Source: Vicinamibacteria bacterium (GTDB lineage Bacteria > Acidobacteriota > Vicinamibacteria > Marinacidobacterales > Marinacidobacteraceae). Taken from it: a stretch of 64,000 nt of DNA. The stretch covers positions 2,656,001-2,720,000 of the forward strand of contig OY729431.1 in the NCBI GenBank assembly GCA_963422395.1, read 5' to 3'. Shown one piece after another: positions 1 to 8,848 of the stretch (within the stretch, counting starts at the first letter, position 1; each line of letters begins with the position of its first letter). A program made the position numbers and the translations under genes. The notes below the pieces were generated by a model. The model was not told the origin of the DNA and made no database searches. It worked only from the letters and a program-made list of their open reading frames with translations.

Positions 1-1304
1 TCCCATTCCGGGATCGGCGTGCTGACATGGAACTCGATGGAGACCCATTCGTTCACCTGGAGCGGAAACCGGACCCGGTCGCCGTAGGCGAAGGGTATGT
101 CCGCGGCGATGCGCGCTCCGATGTCATGGCTCACATTGCCGACCGAATGGCCATAGACCCCGACTTCCGGCTCGGTGGTAGTGACCGCGTCGCCGCCGGC
201 GTCGGGGCCGACCGCCCGGTATCCCATCGCCTCGGTAGCGGCGCCGATCGCCGCCCAGGTCTCGAAACCGATGGCGCCGGGCAGCATCAGGCCGGCATAG
301 AGACCGCCGATCTCGTGCGTGGTCCGCCACGCTTCGCGCAGGCTCTCCGGCAGGGCGGTTTCACCGGGGCGCAGGATGTAGGCGGCGCGCTTGATATCGA
401 CGGCGTAGTGGAGGTAGCGGAGCCCGCCGTCGATGCTGAGGAGGTCGCCCGGCTCGAGCGGCAGATCCGGGTCGTGGACGGGCAGCAGCGCACCCTCGCG
501 GACCACCCGCACCGTACCCGAACCGCTGAGCCCCAGCTCGATCGCCCGGTCTTCGAGCCACCAGGCGACATCCTCGGCGGTGGTGACGCCCGGCGCGATG
601 GTCTCGCTGCTGAGTGCCTCGGTCATCCAGCGCGCGGTCCATTCGAGAAGCCGGGTATAGAGCGCGGTCTCCCGCGGAGTGCGGTGGAGCCGGAAATCGC
701 GCACCACCAGCTCGGCGGGGACGATCCGGTCGGCGTATTCCGGCCCGATGGCGTCCACGAGGAAGTCCCGCAGCCCTACCGTCAGACCGTCCGCTTCGGG
801 CAGGGTATGGGAGGTGTTCACGCCGATCCTCGCCGGGTCGCGATCATGGACCGCCTTCCGCAGGTGCGGAGTCAGCCCTTCGCGGCTGTATCCGTAGTAG
901 ATCGTTTCGTCATAGATTTGGCCAATCACCGAGTTGGCCGGCTGTTCGTGCGAGCCGTAGTAGAGCTTTTCCACGGTCTCGCTCCCGTCGTCGAAGAACA
1001 GGAAAGCCGCACGCACTCCGGAGAAACCGCCGCCGAGCTCGACATGGAGGGGATCCGGGTTGTTCTCCCGGTCGAGAACGACCCACAGGTCCACCCCGTG
1101 GTTCCGCATCGCCGGGAGCAGTGCGGTCTGCAGCTTCTCCGCGATGGCTTCACGCTGGATCTCGAACCGTTCGCGGGAATCCGGAATGCCGTAACCGTCG
1201 GGAATCGTCGGTTCCGAGGTTCGGGGGCTGCCCGGGGCGCAGCCGTAACCGGCCGCGAGTCCGCCGAGGAGCAGCGCCGCGGCTTTCGTCTTGCTGATCA
1301 TCAT
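1..1304 (-). CDS. M24 family (Xaa-Pro) metallopeptidase, predicted lipoprotein; runs off the window edge
   Basis: Hand translation of the minus strand: GGAGGA RBS, then MMISKTKAAALLLGGLAAGYGC (lipobox-like Cys), LLPAMRNHGVDLW, GDLLSIDGGLRYLHYAVDIKRAAY, GHSVGNVSHDIG and SIEFH, matching M24 metal ligands. Not in the ORF track because it has no stop inside the window. Confidence 0.8.
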   Translation of the reverse strand, partial: MMISKTKAAALLLGGLAAGYGCAPGSPRTSEPTIPDGYGIPDSRERFEIQREAIAEKLQTALLPAMRNHGVDLWVVLDRENNPDPLHVELGGGFSGVRAAFLFFDDGSETVEKLYYGSHEQPANSVIGQIYDETIYYGYSREGLTPHLRKAVHDRDPARIGVNTSHTLPEADGLTVGLRDFLVDAIGPEYADRIVPAELVVRDFRLHRTPRETALYTRLLEWTARWMTEALSSETIAPGVTTAEDVAWWLEDRAIELGLSGSGTVRVVREGALLPVHDPDLPLEPGDLLSIDGGLRYLHYAVDIKRAAYILRPGETALPESLREAWRTTHEIGGLYAGLMLPGAIGFETWAAIGAATEAMGYRAVGPDAGGDAVTTTEPEVGVYGHSVGNVSHDIGARIAADIPFAYGDRVRFPLQVNEWVSIEFHVSTPIPEW

Positions 1305-1479
1305 GGGATTTCCTCCTCCGTCCTTCCCCCTGCCGCCGCTCGTTTGCGTCATCGCTGCGAATCGCCGTTCCTTCGGCCGTTGCCTGGATGACGCACTCCG
1401 GTAGAAGCACGCTCTCGCGAAACTGTTTCCGGTCGGCGCGCGGGCTCGCGGAGGGAACACCGACGAAAACGGCGCGACG

Positions 1480-2028
1480 GTGGAGAATACCCGCCCCGCC
1501 GCTCCCGATCCTCCATTCCCCCCGAGATCCTGGATGCCCGATCCGACCCGTCCCCGCCGGCCGCCCCGCCTGCGGCACTCCCCGCCGTCGCCCGCGACCG
1601 AAGCGGACCGCGCCGCGTTCGCCCGCGCTCTCGCCGAACTTTCCCCGGATGCCGTGGCAGCCAGCCGCCGCCCGTCCTCCGCGTCACCGCCTCCCTCGCC
1701 GTCGGCACTCCTCCGGGACCTGCAGCACGGCCGGCGCCGGGTGCCGGAGTCGGGCGAACTCTCGGTGCGCCACCGCACCCAGAAAGAGGCACGCGCCGCG
1801 CTCTTGCGGTTCCTGCGGACACAGCGGGCTGCCGGCGCGCGTTTCGCGCGGGTGGTCCACGGCCAGGGATACGGCTCACCCGGCGGCCGCTCCGTGCTGG
1901 CGCACCGCGTCCCCCAGTGGCTCGCGGAATGGAGAGCGGAACTCGTGGACGCCTGGGGCACGGCGCGACGAGAGGACGGCGGCCGGGGCGCACTCTATGT
2001 GGTACTGCGTGAGCCCGGCGCTCGATAA
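1480..2028 (+). CDS. Smr (small MutS-related) domain protein
   Basis: VVHGQGYGSPGGRSVL and GGRGALYVVLR are typical Smr motifs. The LDLHG motif is degenerate (LSVRH). Start uncertain. Confidence 0.8.
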   Translation: MENTRPAAPDPPFPPRSWMPDPTRPRRPPRLRHSPPSPATEADRAAFARALAELSPDAVAASRRPSSASPPPSPSALLRDLQHGRRRVPESGELSVRHRTQKEARAALLRFLRTQRAAGARFARVVHGQGYGSPGGRSVLAHRVPQWLAEWRAELVDAWGTARREDGGRGALYVVLREPGAR

Positions 2029-2120
2029 CGCCCCGAGACGGACCCGCTTCACGCCCCGGCGGATCCCGCCCCCGACCGTGAGCTCCGGGAGACCGCACCC
2101 GCACCCTACAATCTCGCCCG

Positions 2121-3524
2121 ATGAGCGATACCCGAGAATTCCTCGACCGTTTCTGGGAGCAGGAGATCCTCCCCGGCCTGACCGAATACATCGCCGTTCC
2201 GAGTGTCTCGGTGATGTTCGACGCCGATTGGGAAAAGCACGGCCACCTGGAGGACGCGCTGCAACTGGGGAAGGCTTTCATCGAGCGGCACGCTCCCGCG
2301 GATGCGACGCTCCATGTCGGACGCCTGCCAGGGCGTACCCCGCTCCTCCTCCTCGACTGTCCGGGAGAGGTCGAGGGAACGATCCTGATGTACGGCCACC
2401 TCGACAAACAGCCGGAGATGGTGGGCTGGCGCGACGGGCTCGGCCCCTTTGACCCGGTCCGGGAGGGCGAGCGGCTCTACGGGCGCGGCGGTGCTGACGA
2501 TGGCTACGCGCTCTATTGCGCCATCGCCGCGCTGCTCGCCGTCGCCCGCGAGGGGAGACAGCGCGCCCGGGTGGTGCTGCTCGTCGAGTTCTCCGAGGAG
2601 AGCGGCTCGCCCGACCTCCCCGCCTATCTCTCGGAATACGCCGAGGTGATCGGCAGCCCCGACCTGGTGATCTGCCTCGACTCCGGCGCCGGAAACTACG
2701 ACCAGCTGTGGTCCACCACCTCGCTTCGGGGCATGGTCGCCGGCACGCTCCGCGCCGAGGTGCTCACCGAAGGGGTCCACTCCGGAGATGCCGGCGGGGT
2801 GGTGCCGCCTCCGTTCCTCGTGCTGCGGAAGCTGCTCGACCGGATCGAAGAACCCGAAACCGATCGGATCGTCCCTCAGGCGCTCCACGCCGAGATTCCG
2901 CCGGAGCGGGCCGCCGAAGCGCGGGCCGCCGCCGAAGCGCTCGGGCCCGGCATGTTCGACCGCTTTCCCTGGGCCGGAAACACCGGGCCGGGCGAGTCCG
3001 ACCCCGCCGAACGGATCCTGAACCGGACCTGGCGGCCGACGCTTGCGGTCACCGGACAGGACGGGTTGCCCCCGCTGGAAAAGGCCGGGAATGTGCTTCT
3101 GCCGCAGGTCACCCTGAACCTCTCGATCCGGCTCCCACCGACGGTGGATCCCCAGGCGGCACAGCGGGCGCTCCGGAAAGCGGTGGAATCCGACCCGCCC
3201 TTCGGAGCGAAGATCACCCTCGACTTCCACGCTCCGGCGCCCGGGTGGAACGCTCCGCCGCTCGCTCCCTGGCTCGAGGAGACCCTCGAAGCGGCCTCGC
3301 AGGGCGCCTTCGCCAAGCCTGCGATGTACATGGGCGAAGGCGGCTCGATCCCGTTCATGGGAATGCTCGGTGAGCGCTTTCCCGCGGCACAGTTCGTCAT
3401 CACCGGCGTCCTCGGCCCGGGCTCGAACGCCCACGGACCGAACGAGTTCCTCGATATCACCTATGCCAAGCGCCTCACCGAGGCGGTGGCGACGGTGATC
3501 GCCCGCCACGCGCGCCACGGCTGA
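2121..3524 (+). CDS. M20/M25/M40 family metallo-dipeptidase
   Basis: YGHLDKQP, LYGRGGADDG, EESGS, GEGGSIP and NAHGPNE motifs. Confidence 0.92.
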   Translation: MSDTREFLDRFWEQEILPGLTEYIAVPSVSVMFDADWEKHGHLEDALQLGKAFIERHAPADATLHVGRLPGRTPLLLLDCPGEVEGTILMYGHLDKQPEMVGWRDGLGPFDPVREGERLYGRGGADDGYALYCAIAALLAVAREGRQRARVVLLVEFSEESGSPDLPAYLSEYAEVIGSPDLVICLDSGAGNYDQLWSTTSLRGMVAGTLRAEVLTEGVHSGDAGGVVPPPFLVLRKLLDRIEEPETDRIVPQALHAEIPPERAAEARAAAEALGPGMFDRFPWAGNTGPGESDPAERILNRTWRPTLAVTGQDGLPPLEKAGNVLLPQVTLNLSIRLPPTVDPQAAQRALRKAVESDPPFGAKITLDFHAPAPGWNAPPLAPWLEETLEAASQGAFAKPAMYMGEGGSIPFMGMLGERFPAAQFVITGVLGPGSNAHGPNEFLDITYAKRLTEAVATVIARHARHG

Positions 3525-3597
3525 CGGGCCGCGCTGCCCCGGCGCCGCCGCCAATTCGATGCCGCGGCCCCTGCCCGCCGCTTCGCGGCGATCCCGC

Positions 3598-4542
3598 TCA
3601 TTCGAGGGTGAGGCGGAGGGGTGGGTCTCCGGGGCGGGAGAGGAGGACGGTTTCCGACGGCTCGATAGCGATGACGGTGTATTCCCCGAGTCGGTCCCCC
3701 GCGCTCACCAGGGTGGTTTCTCCCCGGTAGAAGAGTGCCGCTTGCACCGGGGCGCCGCCGCCGGGGTCGACGAAGCCGTGGAGCTGCGGCATGCCGACCC
3801 TGGAGTCCGGCGTCGGGAGCGGCTCCGGGGGAGGAGCCGAGAGAGAGGAAAGGTCGGACGGGGTGGACTCCGGCACGGGGGCAGGCGGCTCGCCGGGATC
3901 TTCGGCCCGAGCCGCCCGGCCCGAGCGGGGAGAGTGGGCCGGTTCCACCGCTTCCGCTTCGAGCCAGGCGGCCAGTCTTTCGAGACGCGGGTCGGCTGCG
4001 AGCCGCTCGCCGCCGCCGGCGGTGGAGGAGCTCACCGGTGACGGCCAGAAAACGGTGATCGAAAGGCTGAGGCTCCCCACCCCGCCGCGAACGGTGCGCT
4101 GCGCCCGTTCCGGGCGGAGCGGCCAACCCTTCGCTTCCACCGCTGAGAGAAACCGCCCGAGGCGCGCCGGCTCTCCGCGCGCGCTGATCCGGACTTCGCT
4201 GCCCGCGGTCCCGGAGGGTGGACGGATCAGCGGCTGAAGCCGCACTGCCGAAAGTTCGATCCCCTGATCCTCCGCGATCGCAACGAGGGCCTCCCGAAGC
4301 GCTCTCGCGCTCTGCGGCGGCGCATCCCGCTCGGCGAGCCGCTTCGTGATCCCGAGAAGCCGCTCGCGCCCGGCGCGCTCGGTCCAGGCGGCGGACGCGG
4401 CCCGCGCCGAAGCGGCAGCCGCCTCGTTTCGCGCATCGCGCCCGGCGCTCACCGCCCGCTGCTCGGCCCAGACGAACCAGGCGGCCAGCCCGAACAGCCC
4501 CAGCAACAGGAACCGGCGGCGAAGCCGAGGATCGCCGATCAT
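3598..4542 (-). CDS. PilO/GspM-like membrane protein with a C-terminal PilP/GspC-like domain
   Basis: N-terminal TM, coiled coil, ferredoxin-like segment (EVRISARGEPARLGRFLSAVE), Pro-rich linker, then LHGFV..AALFYRGETTLVSAGDRLGEYTVIAIEP. Third gene of a coupled trio. Confidence 0.5.
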   Translation of the reverse strand: MIGDPRLRRRFLLLGLFGLAAWFVWAEQRAVSAGRDARNEAAAASARAASAAWTERAGRERLLGITKRLAERDAPPQSARALREALVAIAEDQGIELSAVRLQPLIRPPSGTAGSEVRISARGEPARLGRFLSAVEAKGWPLRPERAQRTVRGGVGSLSLSITVFWPSPVSSSTAGGGERLAADPRLERLAAWLEAEAVEPAHSPRSGRAARAEDPGEPPAPVPESTPSDLSSLSAPPPEPLPTPDSRVGMPQLHGFVDPGGGAPVQAALFYRGETTLVSAGDRLGEYTVIAIEPSETVLLSRPGDPPLRLTLE

Positions 4543-5120
4543 CGACTCATCCTCGGGAGTCGGAGACCGGCTTCGAGCCGGACGGTGATGCGGACCGCCG
4601 CGCCGCCGTCCGCCTGACGGGTTTCGCTGATGACCTCGCTGGAAAGAACCTGTTCCTCGGCGGCGAGCGCCGAAAGCAGGCGGGCGATCGCAGCACCTGA
4701 AACCGCCTCGGCCGCGATCGCCGCCTCCACCTGCCGCCCGCCACCGACCGCCGGCCGCACCTCGATCCCGACGATCCTGCCGCCGGACGAAGCCGCCGCC
4801 CGCTCCACGGTCTCGAAGGCGGCGCCGTACGCAGGGGCATCGAGCGCCCCGGAGGCGAGCAGAACCGCGGCTTCGCGAACCAGTGTCGGGGCCAGCGCAG
4901 CATCTCGGCGCTGTGGCGGCGCGCCCGGGCTCGAAGCTTCCGCGGCGACGGACCGCTCTCCGAACGGTGGACTGGCCGCCATTTCGCTGCGCGTGCGAAA
5001 AAGGGACACCGCCCCCCAGACGACGACCAGACCGAGCGCCGCCAAGCCGAACTCGAAGGCGCGCAGCAGCGCCTGGGGCAGGGTGCGGCCCAGCTGGACG
5101 CCAGGGACAGGCCGAGGCAC
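4539..5120 (-). CDS. PilN/GspL-like membrane protein
   Basis: Single N-terminal TM followed by a periplasmic ferredoxin-like pattern (AIAAEAVSGAAIARLLSAL). Overlaps the next gene by 4 bp. Confidence 0.45.
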   Translation of the reverse strand: MPRPVPGVQLGRTLPQALLRAFEFGLAALGLVVVWGAVSLFRTRSEMAASPPFGERSVAAEASSPGAPPQRRDAALAPTLVREAAVLLASGALDAPAYGAAFETVERAAASSGGRIVGIEVRPAVGGGRQVEAAIAAEAVSGAAIARLLSALAAEEQVLSSEVISETRQADGGAAVRITVRLEAGLRLPRMSR

Positions 5121-5121
5121 T

Positions 5122-6066
5122 CTAGTCTGCGGAGGGAGCGGCGCGCGCCGGAGTGGCCGAAAGCGGCGCCGGTCGGGCTCCGATCCGACGCAGCAGAGCG
5201 GCGAGCGCCCGCCCGGTGACGGGAGAGACCGATGCCCGATCCTCGCCTTCTCCGGTCTCCCGGACTTCTCGCGGCGGATGACCCGCCGAGCGGAGCGCTT
5301 CCGCGACTTCGATGGCGCCGTCCCCCCACACCTGGATCCCCGGCGTTCCCGCTTCGGCGAGCCTTCGGGCGGCGAGAACCGGTGGATCGGGGTCGAGCCG
5401 GGCGCGGAGCTTCATGCGAAAACCCGAGAGCCGCCGGCCAGCGGCGGCGACCAGCACGAAATGGCGCTGGTGGAGCAGCAGCAGCATCCGCTCTCCGACG
5501 GCGGCGTCGGCAGTGGCCAGCCATTCCGGCAGCAGCGAAAGGCTTTGCGCGTCCACCCAGCGCACCCGAAGTCCGGCGGCCTCGGCGGCCGCTTCGTATT
5601 GCCGCACGACGAGAGTGCCGCTGACTGCCCCGAGAGCCGAGCGGCGACGCAGGGGACCCGTCTGCAGCGTTCCGAACCGGAATCGTCCATCCCGCTCCGG
5701 GAATCCGGAGCCAGCGCCCGCCGCGAGTCCCTGGATCAGCTCGGCGCGCAGCCTGCGGACGCTCCTCGAACCGGCAGTCTTCAGGAGCGAGGCGTGGGTT
5801 GCCCGATCCGGAAGCGCGATCACCGCATCCTCGGCACGCCCCCCTCCTGCGGTGAGCGCGGCGAGCGCCGCCTGGACCGCGCGCGCCGCCTCGGCGGAAG
5901 ATGCGAGGTTCGGCTCCGTCGGAGAGGCGGTCACGAAATCCCCGGGCAGAGCCACGCGAGTCCAGCCGCCGTCGCTCGCCCGCAGGAGCAGGTGATCCCC
6001 CAGGAAGGCGATCCCGACAGCAACCCGCCGGCGGGGGCGGAGTCGACGGGAAAGAAGCGGCAGCAC
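5122..6066 (-). CDS. PilM/GspL-cytoplasmic-like protein
   Basis: VALPGDFVTASPTEPNL...VIALPD and VVRQYEAAAEAAGLRVRWVD resemble PilM-like actin-fold proteins. Sits upstream of the PilN/O-like genes. Confidence 0.55.
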   Translation of the reverse strand: MLPLLSRRLRPRRRVAVGIAFLGDHLLLRASDGGWTRVALPGDFVTASPTEPNLASSAEAARAVQAALAALTAGGGRAEDAVIALPDRATHASLLKTAGSRSVRRLRAELIQGLAAGAGSGFPERDGRFRFGTLQTGPLRRRSALGAVSGTLVVRQYEAAAEAAGLRVRWVDAQSLSLLPEWLATADAAVGERMLLLLHQRHFVLVAAAGRRLSGFRMKLRARLDPDPPVLAARRLAEAGTPGIQVWGDGAIEVAEALRSAGHPPREVRETGEGEDRASVSPVTGRALAALLRRIGARPAPLSATPARAAPSAD

Positions 6067-6375
6067 AGGGAGGAACGGGAGAGGCGGGAACGGTCTCGGA
6101 AGAACCGGCCCGGAGCCGGATTCCGATTTCCAGCGTAGCGGCAGACGCTCTGGTGGGCCATCCGATGGGCCGCTTCGGTCCCCGATGGTACGATGAGAGG
6201 TTGCGGCCGCGGGTGCTTTCTACGGTCCGGCGCTGCCGCAGACCATCCGGAGCGAGACGCCGAAGTCTCGCGCCGGTTGCGGGATCTTCCATCGTTGACG
6301 CCTGCAGACAGAACCCCGAACATCGAAGAAAGAACCGGGGACATTCCCGGGCACGGATCCCGATCCGGGAGCAAT

Positions 6376-8442
6376 ATGAACGACCATCAGACAGCGAACA
6401 TTCGTAACCTGGCAGTCGCCGGACACGGCACCTCCGGCAAGACCACCCTCGTTTCGGCTCTCCTCTACACCGCCGGTGCCGTCACCAGGCTGGCCCGAGT
6501 CGAAGACGGAAACACCACGACTGATTTCGACGAGGACGAGATCGACCGCGGGATCAGCCTGAGTACGGCGATCACCCACTGCACCTGGAAAGGGATCAAG
6601 ATCAATCTGCTGGACACGCCGGGTTACGGCAACTTCCTCACCGAAACGAAGCTGGCCATGCCCGTCGCCGATTCTGCGCTGATTTCTGTATGCGCCGTGG
6701 ACGGCGTCGGAGTGGGCACGGAACGAGTATGGGGCTTCGCGGAACACAACCGGGCTGCCGCCATCATCGCGGTGAACCGGATGGATCGTGATCGCGCATC
6801 TTTCGAACGAACCCTCGAAGGAATCCGGCAATCGTTCGGGAGAACCGCGGTACCGATCCAGCTGCCGATCGGCAGCGAGTCCGGATTTCGGGGAGTCCTG
6901 GACCTGATCTCCTCGAAGGCGATCCTGGGGCCCGGGCCGGACGGAGAGCCGGTGGAAGTAACCGATATCCCAGCCGAGATGCGCGAAGCCGCGGACACCG
7001 CCCGCAACGAACTCATGGAGATGATCGCGGAATCGGACGAGGAACTCCTCGATCGATTCTTCGAGGAAGGAGAACTGACCGCCGAGGACATGGCCCGGGG
7101 CCTTCGCGCCGCCATGTCCGCCCGCGCGATCTTCCCGGTGGTGGTGGTTTCGGGAGCCCGCAACCTCGGAACGGCAGCGCTCCTCGACCTGCTCGTCGAA
7201 GCGGCCCCCGATCCAGCCGGCCGCGGATCGGCGCGTGGTATCGGCTCCAGCGGCGAACCGATCGAGCGCAATCTCTCCACGCCCTCCCCCGTGAGCGTCT
7301 ATGTGTTCAAGACCATCGCCGATCCGTTCGCCGGACGTTTGAGCCTGTTCCGGGTGATGACCGGGGAGCTTCGCGCCGACAGCCAGCTCCGCAACCTGAG
7401 GAGCGGATCCACGGAGCGGATCGGCGGTCTCCAGGTGATGCACGGAAAGGCGATGCATCCCGTCTCCTCGCTGAGCGCCGGAGATCTCGGCTGTTTCGCC
7501 AAGTTGAAGGACACCGGCACCGGGGACACCCTCGCGGAGGACGACACGATCCGTTTCCTCCGGCCCGAGGTCCCGCACCCGGTCATCGGCTTCGCGATCC
7601 AGCCGAAGTCCCGCGGCGACGAAGAGAAGATCTCCCATGCCTTACAGCGCCTCGGCGAGGAAGACCTCACGCTTCGTTACGAGCGCGATCAGGAATTGCT
7701 GCTCTCCGGCACCGGACAGCTCCACATCGAGATCGTAGTGTCGAGGCTTCGAAGAAAGTACGGGGTCGAGGTCGAACTGAAACCGCCGCGGGTGCCGTAC
7801 CGCGAAACGATCACGGTGAGCGCAGAGGCGCACGGACGCCACAAGAAACAGACCGGAGGCCACGGCCAGTTCGCCGACTGCCATGTGCGGGTGGAGCCGC
7901 TCGCCCGCGGCGAGGACTTCCAGTTCGCCAGCGAGGTGGTGGGCGGCACCATCCCGCGCCAGTTCATCCCTGCTATCGAAAAGGGTTTCCAGGAGGCCCG
8001 GCAACGAGGCACGCTCGCCGGGTATCCGGTGGTGGATTTCAAGGCGACGGTGTTCGACGGCAAGTTCCACACCGTGGACTCCTCGGAAATCGCCTTCAAG
8101 ATCGCCGCCTCGCTCGCCTTCAAGGACGCGATGTCCAAGTGTCGGCCCACCCTCCTCGAACCGATCATGCAAGTCGAGATCACCGTTCCCGACGAGACCA
8201 CCGGAGATGTCCTCGGCGATCTGAATGCGCGGCGGGGGCGGACCCAGGGGATGGACAAGAAGGGAGATCACACCGCCATCACCGCCCAGGCGCCGATGGC
8301 GGAGATGCTCACCTACGAACCGACTCTCACCTCGCTCACCGGAGGCCGCGGCGGTTTCCAGATGGAGTTCTCACACTACGACCCCGTGCCGACGAACATC
8401 GCCAGACAGCTGATCGAAGCGCATCAGGCGAAGACGAAATAG
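6376..8442 (+). CDS. fusA2: Elongation factor G paralogue (EF-G2 type)
   Basis: IRNLAVAGHGTSGKTT, RGISL, DTPGY, NRMD, YRETI, KKQTGGHGQF, DSSEIAF. Start re-assigned to the ATG at 6376. Confidence 0.93.
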   Translation: MNDHQTANIRNLAVAGHGTSGKTTLVSALLYTAGAVTRLARVEDGNTTTDFDEDEIDRGISLSTAITHCTWKGIKINLLDTPGYGNFLTETKLAMPVADSALISVCAVDGVGVGTERVWGFAEHNRAAAIIAVNRMDRDRASFERTLEGIRQSFGRTAVPIQLPIGSESGFRGVLDLISSKAILGPGPDGEPVEVTDIPAEMREAADTARNELMEMIAESDEELLDRFFEEGELTAEDMARGLRAAMSARAIFPVVVVSGARNLGTAALLDLLVEAAPDPAGRGSARGIGSSGEPIERNLSTPSPVSVYVFKTIADPFAGRLSLFRVMTGELRADSQLRNLRSGSTERIGGLQVMHGKAMHPVSSLSAGDLGCFAKLKDTGTGDTLAEDDTIRFLRPEVPHPVIGFAIQPKSRGDEEKISHALQRLGEEDLTLRYERDQELLLSGTGQLHIEIVVSRLRRKYGVEVELKPPRVPYRETITVSAEAHGRHKKQTGGHGQFADCHVRVEPLARGEDFQFASEVVGGTIPRQFIPAIEKGFQEARQRGTLAGYPVVDFKATVFDGKFHTVDSSEIAFKIAASLAFKDAMSKCRPTLLEPIMQVEITVPDETTGDVLGDLNARRGRTQGMDKKGDHTAITAQAPMAEMLTYEPTLTSLTGGRGGFQMEFSHYDPVPTNIARQLIEAHQAKTK

Positions 8443-8493
8443 GTCCGCCGAGCGAGGCGCTGCTCGCCGACGGCCGACGGGGCGGGCGGGTCG

Positions 8494-8847
8494 TTAGTCC
8501 ACGAACTCGATCCGGGCCATCGGAGCACCGTCGCCCTTGCGCGGACCGAGCTTGAGAATTCGCGTATACCCTCCTGGACGCTCTCCGAACCGGGGGGCCA
8601 ATTCGCGGAAGAGATGGCCGACGACGGCCTTCCGCGGCAGGATCTGGAGGGCACGACGGCGAGCCGCCAGATCCTGCCGTCGGCCGAGGGTAACGAGCCG
8701 CTCCACGAAAGGTCGAACCTCCTTGGCCTTGGCAAGAGTGGTGCGGAGACGCCCGTGCTCGATCAGGGTGGCGGCCAGGTTCCGAAGCAACGCCCGCCGA
8801 TGCGAAGACTTGCGGCCGAGCTTGCGGTGTGCGACCAGGTGTCGCAT
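8494..8847 (-). CDS. rplQ: 50S ribosomal protein L17
   Basis: MRH..RKLGRKSSHRRALLRN; RPGGYTRILK. Confidence 0.98.
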   Translation of the reverse strand: MRHLVAHRKLGRKSSHRRALLRNLAATLIEHGRLRTTLAKAKEVRPFVERLVTLGRRQDLAARRRALQILPRKAVVGHLFRELAPRFGERPGGYTRILKLGPRKGDGAPMARIEFVD

Positions 8848-8848
8848 C

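Noticed and set aside
27-1391. 454-aa plus-strand ORF
   Set aside because: Antisense shadow of the minus-strand M24 peptidase; no recognisable motifs.
4547-6292. 581-aa minus-strand and 502-aa plus-strand ORFs over the PilM/N-like genes
   Set aside because: Arg/Pro/Ser-rich off-frame translations; the coupled three-gene reading is more coherent.
8443-8493. Bidirectional terminator between EF-G2 and rplQ
   Set aside because: Only a weak GC hairpin with no U-tract on either strand.
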